Assembly (NCBI GenBank): GCA_028353405.1
Contig: JAOMOG010000001.1
Location: 24,717 to 88,716, forward strand
Direction of reading: 5' to 3'
Origin: Candidatus Poseidoniaceae archaeon
GTDB taxonomy: Archaea > Thermoplasmatota > Poseidoniia > Poseidoniales > Poseidoniaceae
Length of the DNA: 64,000 nt
Under the pieces are notes generated by a model. It was not told the DNA's origin and did not search any database. It saw only the letters and a list, made by a program, of their open reading frames with translations. The stretch's first letter is position 1. Each line of letters opens with the position of its first letter. A program made the position numbers and the translations under genes. Positions 33,615 through 43,420 of this stretch are shown in pieces.

Positions 33615-35669
33615 TCATGGAATTGGTTGCTGGTCCCACCAGTGCGGTGCTTCAAACCAATTCTCATGCCCTTCTTCTCTGTCTATTAATGGTAGGCTGA
33701 AAGTGGATGTATCATCCATATTCACAGTGATTCCGATGGCAGCACAAGGGCTTGGCAGATAATCTTCACCACTTTCAGTTAATTCAACTCTAATTTCATG
33801 TCCTACTGGAAGAATTACATCCATTGGATTAAACTCCATCTTCATTTGATATTCAACTAATGGAATGACAGGTTTTGCATCATATCCACCATCACGATAT
33901 CGTAAATCCATTGTAGCATGTCCAAGACGTAAATTGGATGTATCATCATACATTGTGGCAAATACTTGTCCACCATTACATGTTCCTGCTCTAACTCCAA
34001 GATGCAGTGTTGGTAATCCTGAGATGTGTATTTCATCATCAAATGCTGCAATCGTGAAACTAGCAGAAGATGTTGTACTAACCCTATTTCCTTGGCTTTG
34101 AGCATTGTCTAGAGTAATTTGTTGCCATTCTAAATCCTGAGGAGGCCACGTATCTTCAACATGCCATCTTCCATCATTAGTTTGCATTTGTACCATCGGT
34201 TTAGGTTCTAGGCCTATGTCCTTGAGGTAATAATTGAACCAAGCATATAATTCAACAGCCCAATCCATTCTACTCATATTTGGATAAGCTTCTGCACCAT
34301 ATCCACTTCCTAAATCACCGTGTCGATCTGGTTGGTCTGGGTAATTGTGACCCCATTGTCCTGAAATTGCACGGGCATTTATTCCAGCATCTATCAATTT
34401 CTGATATGTTGGATATGCGTGATAGGGGTCAACATTCCAATCCTGCATACCCCATACCAAATATACTGAACCGCGATAGTTTTCCAAGACATCTGGTAGA
34501 TGCCTTCTCTCTTCCCAATAGTCATTCCATTCTGCCCCACCAAATTCGGCAAAGCCCCAAGTCGATAGAGGGTTCAAAGGACCAATTACATCATCGGAAC
34601 ACATTCTCATATCATCTGTTGTCGGGTCGCTGGTTGCTCCTTGGTAAGCGATATCATAGCCCATTGCTCTGGCTTCACTGGAACCATTTCTATAGAACAT
34701 TTCTTGAACTCCGATAGAACCAGAAATTGGAACAATAGTTTTCAAATATTCAGATGGTTGTTGTGCAGCTTCCCAGTTTGTTGTACCAGCATATGATTTG
34801 CCCATGAGCCCAACATTACCATTTGACCACTCTTGGATTCCTAACCATTCAACAACAGCTTGAATCCCAGTTTGTTCTCCGAGACCCTTGACATCTTGGC
34901 AATGTGTTGATTGTCCAGTTCCAAAAGTAGAGGCTTGAGCAAGAGCATAACCATGAGGAACAAATGTATCGTAAACCCATTTTCCAACTCCTCCATCTGG
35001 AACGGTATTAGGTGAGGAATCATCACCGATTCCAGGCATTCCTTCTCCACCGAAGTCGTAGTAAGGGTGTATGGTTAGAATGACGGGTACTTCTGTGCCG
35101 TCAGGAACATCTGGCAGCCAAAGAGAGACATGCATAACCGGTGCTTCAGGGAAACCAATATCCTGTTCACTCGCAGGTAAATCAACTGTAATGAAATGTT
35201 CAGTATATGGCAATGCTTCATATGTTCCATTGACTGGAAGTTGCGCCCTTAGTGTATCCATTGGTAGGTCCATTTTGTAGCGTAAATTCAATGGAGTATT
35301 CCACCAATCTCCGGAAAAATCATCTTCGCTTGAATTTTGAATTACAGCATCGCCAATTGTCATTGCCAGCATCAAAAATACTATTGAAATCGCTACAGTC
35401 ATTGCAGTAGGAATAGTTAATTGGCGGTGAGAAGTATTTTGTTCCAACAACAAACCAGCATCATTCGATGATTTGTCAGACAAATTACCGACTGCCACAC
35501 CAGGAATCGCAGGCAAAGCGGGTAGTTCGAAAAGTTCAGCCTCAAGGACTGAATCATCGGCCACATCACCAATTGCCATGTAAAGGCCAGCGGTCTCCCT
35601 CTCAAGAGGATAGCGCCTTACAGATTCTAAAATTATTGCTTTCCATTCATTCATTATGCAAGAAAGCAT
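33615..35669 (-). CDS. Membrane-anchored S15 / CocE-NonD family X-Pro dipeptidyl-peptidase-like hydrolase
   Basis: Nucleophile elbow 'GLMGKSYAGTTNW' (GxSYxG), an N-terminal TM 'AMTVAISIVFLMLAMTIG' and a C-terminal beta-sandwich-like region. The start is uncertain; the track start overlaps the upstream gene by 23 nt. Confidence 0.7.
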   Translation of the reverse strand: MLSCIMNEWKAIILESVRRYPLERETAGLYMAIGDVADDSVLEAELFELPALPAIPGVAVGNLSDKSSNDAGLLLEQNTSHRQLTIPTAMTVAISIVFLMLAMTIGDAVIQNSSEDDFSGDWWNTPLNLRYKMDLPMDTLRAQLPVNGTYEALPYTEHFITVDLPASEQDIGFPEAPVMHVSLWLPDVPDGTEVPVILTIHPYYDFGGEGMPGIGDDSSPNTVPDGGVGKWVYDTFVPHGYALAQASTFGTGQSTHCQDVKGLGEQTGIQAVVEWLGIQEWSNGNVGLMGKSYAGTTNWEAAQQPSEYLKTIVPISGSIGVQEMFYRNGSSEARAMGYDIAYQGATSDPTTDDMRMCSDDVIGPLNPLSTWGFAEFGGAEWNDYWEERRHLPDVLENYRGSVYLVWGMQDWNVDPYHAYPTYQKLIDAGINARAISGQWGHNYPDQPDRHGDLGSGYGAEAYPNMSRMDWAVELYAWFNYYLKDIGLEPKPMVQMQTNDGRWHVEDTWPPQDLEWQQITLDNAQSQGNRVSTTSSASFTIAAFDDEIHISGLPTLHLGVRAGTCNGGQVFATMYDDTSNLRLGHATMDLRYRDGGYDAKPVIPLVEYQMKMEFNPMDVILPVGHEIRVELTESGEDYLPSPCAAIGITVNMDDTSTFSLPLIDREEGHENWFEAPHWWDQQPIP

Positions 35670-36624
35670 CCAAAATAAATTCTTCTTGATTGAGTAACTT
35701 TGGAGTTTCTACCGCAGCATAAATCATTATGAAAATTGTAACAGGTATAGCGATTAATATCCCGAGGCCAACAGTAGTCCCCAAAGCCTTAGCCCAGAAA
35801 CTTGTTTCTTCAACTTCTGGCACATAATCACCCCAAAGAACTCCCAGTGGATCTGCAACTCCGACCATTTTTATTGAATCAATTTTTGCTTGATAAACAG
35901 GTCTTCCCGCAGAGGATGCAGGATTTTGAATATCCTCTTCACCGGTAGGATCATCTGAGGTTGGGGTGGCTGCAATGGCTGTAATGTGGGACATGCCATC
36001 GCGAACGATGCCAAATGTTGCATAACCCTCATCATCTCTATTTTCAGGGTCTAAGTTATGTGCTTCTGTCTCTGCAATATACCATTGTGCATCAGCAGAA
36101 TCAGGGTCTAACGAACGAGCCATGCCAATAGCACCATCAACATGCGATAGGTTCTCATTATGTTCTAATGGAATTGTTTCACCGGTACCACCTTCTCCAC
36201 ATTGCAAAGAAGTGATTGGATACACTCCTATTGCTTTGCACTCAGGGTCTCCCGATTGAGTTACGAAATCATCTATGACCCTGTGAAAGAATATTCCATC
36301 ATAGAGGCCCATTTCAATATGCTCAATCATGTTTTGAGTTGTGATCGGAGCCCATTGCTCAAATAATTCCAAGGTCACCACACCTTCCACTCGGTCTTCA
36401 AAATGACCTGGCATATACGAGACTTCAATTTCAAAAACAGCATTGCCATAATAGGAATCGTTCATCGGAGTATCTTCTTCAACAGGTCCATCGGTCCATG
36501 TGCTTGGGTCTATGCCGACACTCCTCCAACTAGGTTGCTCTTCAGCATCAACAATTGCCATGATTGGAAGGCTAGAAAATAGTAGCAAATTGAGAGTGAC
36601 CAGTATCACCCAACGCCCAACCAT
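35647..36624 (-). CDS. Secreted, membrane-anchored cyclophilin-type peptidyl-prolyl isomerase
   Basis: 'YDGIFFHRVIDDFVTQSGDP' and 'GAIGMARS..PDSADAQWYI'. It has a signal peptide and a C-terminal TM. Confidence 0.85.
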   Translation of the reverse strand: MVGRWVILVTLNLLLFSSLPIMAIVDAEEQPSWRSVGIDPSTWTDGPVEEDTPMNDSYYGNAVFEIEVSYMPGHFEDRVEGVVTLELFEQWAPITTQNMIEHIEMGLYDGIFFHRVIDDFVTQSGDPECKAIGVYPITSLQCGEGGTGETIPLEHNENLSHVDGAIGMARSLDPDSADAQWYIAETEAHNLDPENRDDEGYATFGIVRDGMSHITAIAATPTSDDPTGEEDIQNPASSAGRPVYQAKIDSIKMVGVADPLGVLWGDYVPEVEETSFWAKALGTTVGLGILIAIPVTIFIMIYAAVETPKLLNQEEFILDAFLHNE

Positions 36625-36715
36625 GTCATGCTGAAACTATCTTCCCTCAAGAATGGTGCGGTTAATGTGCTATGCTTCCAATAGAATCATATGTGCAGAG
36701 AAAATATTTGAAATC

Positions 36716-37114
36716 ATGACAGAAGGTATCGAAGTCAAACCAGATCTGCTAAAATTTGCTAAGTTTTCAACAATTTTGGTAATTGTATTAACTTTAGGAC
36801 AAGCCTCAACTGGGTTATCAAGTTCCTATGGTTATGATGTAGCAGCCTCTCATACTTATGCAGCTCAATTAGGCCTTGTCGCCTGTATTGCAATAGTCGC
36901 TTTAGTAATAATGTCAAAGAGCGAAAATAAGAAACTCAAAGGCATGTCATTCGGACTCGCCACCATATGGATCATACAATATGGATTAGGGGAAATGTTT
37001 TCTGAAATGGCTTGGATTAGTTTGATTCATGCAGTTATAGCAATGGCAATTTTTGGCCATGCACTTGCTCTAATGAGAGTTATTGCTGCGGAACACGCTA
37101 TTCACAGCGAGTAA
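36716..37114 (+). CDS. Small four-TM membrane protein, unknown function
   Basis: Hydrophobic segments throughout. ATG at 36716. Confidence 0.5.
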   Translation: MTEGIEVKPDLLKFAKFSTILVIVLTLGQASTGLSSSYGYDVAASHTYAAQLGLVACIAIVALVIMSKSENKKLKGMSFGLATIWIIQYGLGEMFSEMAWISLIHAVIAMAIFGHALALMRVIAAEHAIHSE

Positions 37115-38297
37115 ATTCAACATCCAAAACAACGTGTCTTACCCTTGGTGAAAACCACTTGACCTTTTCCAAGTGCTTTACTTCAAGATTGTAATTACGC
37201 TTTAATTCCTCTAAGTATTGCTGCAATAAGGACATAGTAGAATCAATCCACTGTTCTATTTTTTCTTCATCCACATTCATATGAATATGCAATATTCCCC
37301 CTTTTTCTTTTAGACAAGCAATTGCTAATTTCCAAACAGATTGCGAACTTGGTAATAATCCCAAATGACATCTGTCTGCAACACCTTCTAATTTAGGCAT
37401 AGTAAGAGCATTATTTCCTTTGTGAATTATCAATCTATCAGCTACATTATTTGCCTTTGCACCCCATTTTAATGCGGATATTGAATGTTGATTTAATTCA
37501 CAAGCATGAACCAATTCCGCCTCTCCACGAACTAGCATAGGGAGTGTGTAATAGCCAATACCTGCATAACAGTCAACGATAGTTTCTCCTTTCAGATCTA
37601 TATTTCCAATACGGTGCCTTTCAGTTACATTTCCAGATGAATACATCACCTTGCAAGCATCAAAGCCGAATTTAACACCAAAATCTAATAATTCTACCCA
37701 TGACGAATCTCCAAGTAATAATTGTGCTTGCGATGAACGAATTATATCATCACTAACATGCTTCTGTTTTCCAATCCGTTCAACCTTTAGAGCCTCAGCA
37801 ACATATTTCCACAATGATAATTGATTCTCTTGAGAAATGATTGAGGTCCATTTCTCACCACTAAAAGCTGTTTCAGGCAGAAGGATAAGGTCTCCTAATT
37901 TCTCCCATTTTGTGGGTAATTCAGATAATAATTCTACAATCACCTTTTCTCTCGATTGTAGAGGTAAAAAGTCATCATCAACGAGGTTTGTTTCAAGCCA
38001 CTTTGTAATAGATGCGCGCAATCTTGCATGAGGTTCAACCGAAGGAGGACTTGAGGCTGTATTGATCTTCTCAATTCGGATCTCAATTCTTTGATTATTG
38101 TCATAAATCATTATTTCATCTTCTGTTGGAGGACAGTTTTCATTGATTGGAATTGCCAAAAAACCGTTTTCTAAATCCTTTGGTTGCTTTTCAGAATCTA
38201 GCCATTTTTTTTCCTTTAAGAAAAGGTAAATGGCCTCTCCATGGACCTTTGATACGACAATTGAAGGTGAAAATTCTATGCCTCCACCACCTACCAT
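37098..38297 (-). CDS. taw2: tRNA wybutosine-synthesizing protein 2-like (Taw2/TYW2; Trm5 superfamily class I MTase fold)
   Basis: 'IVDCYAGIGYYTLPMLV', 'ADRCHLGLLPSSQ' and 'GGILHIHMNV' mirror TYW2/TRMT12-type motifs (GLIPSS, GGxLHIH). Confidence 0.7.
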   Translation of the reverse strand: MVGGGGIEFSPSIVVSKVHGEAIYLFLKEKKWLDSEKQPKDLENGFLAIPINENCPPTEDEIMIYDNNQRIEIRIEKINTASSPPSVEPHARLRASITKWLETNLVDDDFLPLQSREKVIVELLSELPTKWEKLGDLILLPETAFSGEKWTSIISQENQLSLWKYVAEALKVERIGKQKHVSDDIIRSSQAQLLLGDSSWVELLDFGVKFGFDACKVMYSSGNVTERHRIGNIDLKGETIVDCYAGIGYYTLPMLVRGEAELVHACELNQHSISALKWGAKANNVADRLIIHKGNNALTMPKLEGVADRCHLGLLPSSQSVWKLAIACLKEKGGILHIHMNVDEEKIEQWIDSTMSLLQQYLEELKRNYNLEVKHLEKVKWFSPRVRHVVLDVEFTRCE

Positions 38298-38350
38298 AAG
38301 CAAACCTGTGAGGGGTAACTGCTTTCAATGTCTTGGAACATAATAAGTAC

Positions 38351-41300
38351 ATGGCGGAGCCGGAACGGTATAGCATGTACTCAAAAAGACGCACTTCGAT
38401 TCTATTGATCGGATGTTTTTTAATTCAATTATTTGTTCCATTTGCTTCAGCAGCAGGTATGACCACTTGTACTGCAAATAGTGGAACGTGTGACGACTAT
38501 TCAAGTGCCCAAGATGGCACAGAAAATCAGCAAGATTGGGTCGAAGGAGTATATGTATTTGATTTGGAAAGCACTTCTTCGTTACAAATTGAATTAACAT
38601 GGGCGATTAGAGAGTTTAATAGAAGTGCACTTGGATTTGATGACCCAACATTAAATGCAGCTTTAGCAGCAGATGGATTAGATCCTCAGGACGGTGCTCC
38701 AGCAGATTTAATTCGTACTTATTTCAATGAAAACACAGCAGGTCCGGGAACTCCTACCGTGGGTCAGAAGTTGAAAGTGGAAGTAAATGATGCAGTTGAA
38801 GAAGCACTTCAATCTGGGTTTGGAACAGTTTCATCAATGACAACTGATTATGTTTCTACATATACAGAAGCGAGCGTAACCACCGATTGTTCCGAAGACC
38901 CAAATACTGATGCTTTAAGCGAAGGAGCAAGTGAAAACAATGTCTTTGAGCCACCGATTTGCTTCAGTACTACGGCTACAGTACAATTATCCGATTCATC
39001 GTTTAACCTAATTCCAAATCCGGACTTAGATTTGGAAAGAGCCTATCAAGGACTACTAGTAATGGGTTCAAAAGTAACCACCAGTTTTGAATTAACTGCA
39101 CAGCCTGGACATAAAGCAGTCTTTGCAATTAATCCTCCAGAATATGCTACAATAGATGCAGTAGACTCTAATGGAACTAAGGTTGCATACGCTGGCCCAC
39201 CTGCATTTTGGGCAGGACAATGGTCAATGGACAACCGTGCAGCCCCAATTGGTGGCTCTTCGATTCAGCAACCAATTACAATGACCTTGGCGCATAGAGG
39301 TAGCGTACAAACACCTACAGTTGATATCGATCCAACAGAAAAGGCTCTTGATATTAAGTTGACATTAGATGTGCGTGATGAATCAAGTGCAACGCTTGAT
39401 TTTGTTGTAGCATTACATTATTTGGATGATGATACACTCGAAGATTGGGGACTTTCCATGGTTGCTGCAGCCGACCATGCAGAAGTTCCGGTAATCACGT
39501 CAGATGGTATTAGATTAGCATATCACAATGGATTAGTGAATTTGAGCGGAGTCACTGAACAATTTCCGATAAGCAGTATAGCAGATGGAATATCTAGTGC
39601 AATAGAGGGAATGGACTCGATTCAAATGAATGAAATGTATTGGGTCTCAGAATCGGTTTCAGATGGGTTAGGGGAGCCAACGGGGGGTCTAAACTACTCC
39701 CATACTAGCGGTTGTTCTGAAACAGCTGGAGCGGGTCAAACTCTGTATTATTGTATCCAAGGTGGAAATGCGATGGATGGCAGCCATCCAATATATCTGC
39801 GAACTACATCGCAACCATTTTCAATGAGACTTTTAGACATAATCGATGCTTACGTAAGTGACCCAACAAAACAAAGTGTACTCGATGTAGTGACAGAGAA
39901 TGATTTGCGTGCGTTGATGAATACTGGATTTGGTATTGAGACATCCTTATCAGCAGATTTCTTGTCTGCAGTATTACCAGAAGATTTGCCTCCAAGTGAA
40001 TTGACATTGGAAATTATTTTACCAACTTGGATTCAAACTATGGAGGGCACAGACAGGATAATCTTAACCGATACCATTTCTGGAAATGATGAAACTAATG
40101 TTTCATTTACAGGTACAGATCCATTCGATTGGAGGCATGACATAACAAATGCAGATGGTGATATAATTTGTACAAGCCAGCAACCAACTTGCATTGGCAC
40201 TTCACTATTGATAGATGCGACTCAATTGAATATCCATGAGTGGAAGCAAGCAATTTCATTTGAGTTTGCACTTGAGGCGGAAATGGCAATTCACCGAATT
40301 GGGATACCCCAAGCGCGAATGGATGATGCTTCAGGTTCAACTAAAGTCACCTTAGAAGCACTTCCAAGCGATTTAGTTCGCCTTGGGCTAAGCATCTCTG
40401 AAAGAATGGATGAACCTTATACAATTAGCGACATTAGTCTTTGTGATTCAAACACTATGCAGTTAGAGGTCTGTGATGAATCTCTTGATTTGGTTTTCAC
40501 TCCTTTGGGAATAGAAACATTCGTTTCTTCCTATGGAGAATTAATAACGCAATTTATTCGTCAAAACTTAGAACAGAAACTTACTGAAGAAGGAACAGGT
40601 TCACCATTTGGGAAGGTCGACATGTCTGCCTTTTCTATCAAGACTACAATTTCCGGGCTCGGTGGTTATGCTGGAGAAATGAGTGATGTTACGGGTATAA
40701 CCTTTACAGTTGAAATACCAAGAGTCAAATTCATGCTTGATTTACAAACTCCATTAGGAGAAATTGCAGATGGGAACACAGAGAATATAAAATTGGATTT
40801 GATAACTTCACAAATGAATAGTGCAATAATGATGCCACTTGCAACTGCAGCAAGTTCATTGACAAAAGGCCTAGTTAACGGAATCTTTGCTAGTGACGGA
40901 ATTACTCTACCAGATACCTCAACAGATACCCAAAAAATTGACACAGGACTAGTCAATACTACAATCAATGATGAATTCCAACTCTCCATGTCTGGCCCAA
41001 TAACAGTCATACTCCCTAAAGGATTGAGTTTTGTTGATGCTACTTCAACCGCAGGCAATTTAGAAATCACGGAAACAGATGGACGACAAAAAATAGTCTA
41101 CACTATTCCGCCAGGTGAATTTGAAGATACAATTTCGTTTAGATTCAATATTTCGTGGATGTATATTTTCATGCAATTCTGGATTTATCCAATGACCTTC
41201 TTATTGATATTATTCCTAATCGGCCGTAAGATCAATAAGCGCCGCAAGAGAAAGAAGGGTGCTAAAAAGGCAAAGAAATCCCGCGATGCAGCAGAAATGA

Positions 41301-41455
41301 AAGGCACACTCGGTGATGATGAATTTGCTGATTTAGCAGGCTTCCATAGTCCAGCAATCCATGGAGATCAGGAGATATTCCAAACCTTCAATGAGAATCT
41401 AGATTTAGATAGTAAACCCTTATCTTACGTGGATGACGATGGAAAATTTAGTTGA
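38351..41455 (+). CDS. Large secreted surface protein with a C-terminal TM anchor and a poly-basic juxtamembrane stretch
   Basis: Signal-like 'ILLIGCFLIQLFVPFASAAG', TM 'FWIYPMTFLLILFLIG' and then 'RKINKRRKRKKGAKKAKKSR'. I recognise no domain. The first ATG is at 38351; the track start 38333 is TTG. Confidence 0.65.
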   Translation: MAEPERYSMYSKRRTSILLIGCFLIQLFVPFASAAGMTTCTANSGTCDDYSSAQDGTENQQDWVEGVYVFDLESTSSLQIELTWAIREFNRSALGFDDPTLNAALAADGLDPQDGAPADLIRTYFNENTAGPGTPTVGQKLKVEVNDAVEEALQSGFGTVSSMTTDYVSTYTEASVTTDCSEDPNTDALSEGASENNVFEPPICFSTTATVQLSDSSFNLIPNPDLDLERAYQGLLVMGSKVTTSFELTAQPGHKAVFAINPPEYATIDAVDSNGTKVAYAGPPAFWAGQWSMDNRAAPIGGSSIQQPITMTLAHRGSVQTPTVDIDPTEKALDIKLTLDVRDESSATLDFVVALHYLDDDTLEDWGLSMVAAADHAEVPVITSDGIRLAYHNGLVNLSGVTEQFPISSIADGISSAIEGMDSIQMNEMYWVSESVSDGLGEPTGGLNYSHTSGCSETAGAGQTLYYCIQGGNAMDGSHPIYLRTTSQPFSMRLLDIIDAYVSDPTKQSVLDVVTENDLRALMNTGFGIETSLSADFLSAVLPEDLPPSELTLEIILPTWIQTMEGTDRIILTDTISGNDETNVSFTGTDPFDWRHDITNADGDIICTSQQPTCIGTSLLIDATQLNIHEWKQAISFEFALEAEMAIHRIGIPQARMDDASGSTKVTLEALPSDLVRLGLSISERMDEPYTISDISLCDSNTMQLEVCDESLDLVFTPLGIETFVSSYGELITQFIRQNLEQKLTEEGTGSPFGKVDMSAFSIKTTISGLGGYAGEMSDVTGITFTVEIPRVKFMLDLQTPLGEIADGNTENIKLDLITSQMNSAIMMPLATAASSLTKGLVNGIFASDGITLPDTSTDTQKIDTGLVNTTINDEFQLSMSGPITVILPKGLSFVDATSTAGNLEITETDGRQKIVYTIPPGEFEDTISFRFNISWMYIFMQFWIYPMTFLLILFLIGRKINKRRKRKKGAKKAKKSRDAAEMKGTLGDDEFADLAGFHSPAIHGDQEIFQTFNENLDLDSKPLSYVDDDGKFS

Positions 41456-43178
41456 GTTGTAAAACTTGATGAATTCTTTTTGCTAAGGAATTACCAATGC
41501 CTGGAACCGTTTGTAATTGCTCAACGCTAGCATGAATAATTTCTTGTCTGCCACCAAAATGTCTCAATAGTGCTTGCATTTTTTTCGCACCCAAACCATC
41601 TACTTGTGTTAGTGGGTCACTCAACCGCGCCCTCCCTCTTCTCTTACGGTGATAGGTATTGACAAAACGATGAGATTCATCACGAGCGTGAACCATCACT
41701 CTACCCATTCTGTCTAAGACGAGTGGTTGCTGGTCTAATCTGTGAATTGTTTCTTCCTTTTTAGCCAACGCGGCAACAGGAAATAAGCCTAATACTTGGC
41801 TTTCTTCTAGCATCTTTGTAATGGTTGAAAGATGAGTTTGTCCACCATCAAGTAATAACAGATCAGGCCATTCATCTTGCCTTTTTAGCCAACGCTTTAC
41901 TACTTCCCGCATCATTCTCAAATCATCCATAGCATCACCCTTGACGATGTATTTACGGTATTCTTTCTTAGCAGGCCTGCCATTTCTCAAAACAACGCTA
42001 ACTCCTACTCTTTCATCACCCATCAATTGAGCCATATCAAAACAAACGATATGATCAAGTCTATCCAAGCCCAGTATTTTTGCACCATCATCTGCAGCAC
42101 GTTGCTCTAGAGAACCGCTTGCTTTTGCTGAAATCCGAGTCAATTGGATTTCTGAATTTTGCCGAGCGAGGTTTGCTAATGTAGCCAAATCCCCTCTGCT
42201 TGGAGTTCGGACATCAACTTTAGTCCCTCTTCGTTCATCTAACCATTTTTGTGTTACATCAAGAATAGGAGTCGGAGTTAGTAGCAATCGCGGAGGCTTA
42301 CGATTTTGATAGTGTTCTGAAATAAACAAATCCACTGATTCACCAACATCACCACGGAAAATAAGTGGCCACACCTCCTGTCCTTTGATCACGCCTTCAT
42401 CTGCATGTAAAACTACAACTGCAGCCAACTCCCCTTCACTCGAGATTCCAATTGCATCACAATCTCTGTAGACTTTACTCGAGACAACATGTTGCTTAGT
42501 TGTAGCATGAACCGCTCGAATCAAATCACGTTTTACGGCAGCCCCTTCAAAATCCATATCTTCACTTTTTGCATCCATCTCACTAGCTAATTCTTGCAGT
42601 AAAGAATTCGCATCTCCATCAAGAACTCGGCGAGCAGCAGTAACGGAATCAGAATACCCCGAAGCATCAATACAGGGACCTGAACAGAGCCCAATATGCA
42701 TAGATAGGCACCCTTGAGGTAACAATTCTTTACAATCTCTAATGCCAAACTGTTGTCTCAATAATTGCATTACCTGCTTTGCAGCGCCAGCATTGGGTAA
42801 TGGTCCCCAACGTTGGCCTTTTTGCGGCGGATTACGAGTGTACAGTATACGAGGAATTTCATGATCGGTCAGTACTAAAAATGGATATGATTTATCATCC
42901 TTTAATCTTGAATTATATCGAGGCTTATGTTGTCTTATCAATTGTCTTTCAAGAACTAGAGCCTCTTGGGGTGTATTGGTAACAATACATTCTATATCAT
43001 CGGCAGCATCTACCAATTTTGGTATCATTGCACGGTCGGGATTGGTTGCAAAATAACTACGTATGCGTTGATTTAATTTTGTTGCCTTTCCAACATATAG
43101 TACCCTACCTTCCGAGTTTTTGAAAAGGTAAACACCCGGTTTTTTTGGAAGTTTTACTGTTGCTAAGTCAACTCCCAT
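41448..43178 (-). CDS. uvrC: Excinuclease ABC subunit C
   Basis: GIY-YIG 'GVYLFKNSEGRVLYVGKATKLNQRIRSYF', a UVR region, an endonuclease domain and a C-terminal (HhH)2 'LQTVPGIGNSLAKRI'. Confidence 0.92.
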   Translation of the reverse strand: MGVDLATVKLPKKPGVYLFKNSEGRVLYVGKATKLNQRIRSYFATNPDRAMIPKLVDAADDIECIVTNTPQEALVLERQLIRQHKPRYNSRLKDDKSYPFLVLTDHEIPRILYTRNPPQKGQRWGPLPNAGAAKQVMQLLRQQFGIRDCKELLPQGCLSMHIGLCSGPCIDASGYSDSVTAARRVLDGDANSLLQELASEMDAKSEDMDFEGAAVKRDLIRAVHATTKQHVVSSKVYRDCDAIGISSEGELAAVVVLHADEGVIKGQEVWPLIFRGDVGESVDLFISEHYQNRKPPRLLLTPTPILDVTQKWLDERRGTKVDVRTPSRGDLATLANLARQNSEIQLTRISAKASGSLEQRAADDGAKILGLDRLDHIVCFDMAQLMGDERVGVSVVLRNGRPAKKEYRKYIVKGDAMDDLRMMREVVKRWLKRQDEWPDLLLLDGGQTHLSTITKMLEESQVLGLFPVAALAKKEETIHRLDQQPLVLDRMGRVMVHARDESHRFVNTYHRKRRGRARLSDPLTQVDGLGAKKMQALLRHFGGRQEIIHASVEQLQTVPGIGNSLAKRIHQVLQLN

Positions 43179-43420
43179 ATCAATTGGTTATAGGGTGCTC
43201 ACTCAAAAGCAAATCGTCAATATTTACTGATTTTCGCTTTGGACGGGAAGGGGGATGATTATTCAACGAACAGTATCTATCATAATTCGGAGGGAGAGCA
43301 ATTAGGTCAACAGGCGAGGTCAAAATTCTAAGATGGCTGGGACAATTCACTCCAGCCCTTGAATCTGCTTGGGATGTTACAAGAGAAATTTCACTTCCCG
43401 GAATAGCAGAGGCCTTAGGG

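Noticed and set aside
33278-33700. 140-aa + strand ORF overlapping the response-regulator gene
   Set aside because: It is antisense to a clear CheY-like receiver domain and has no recognisable motif.
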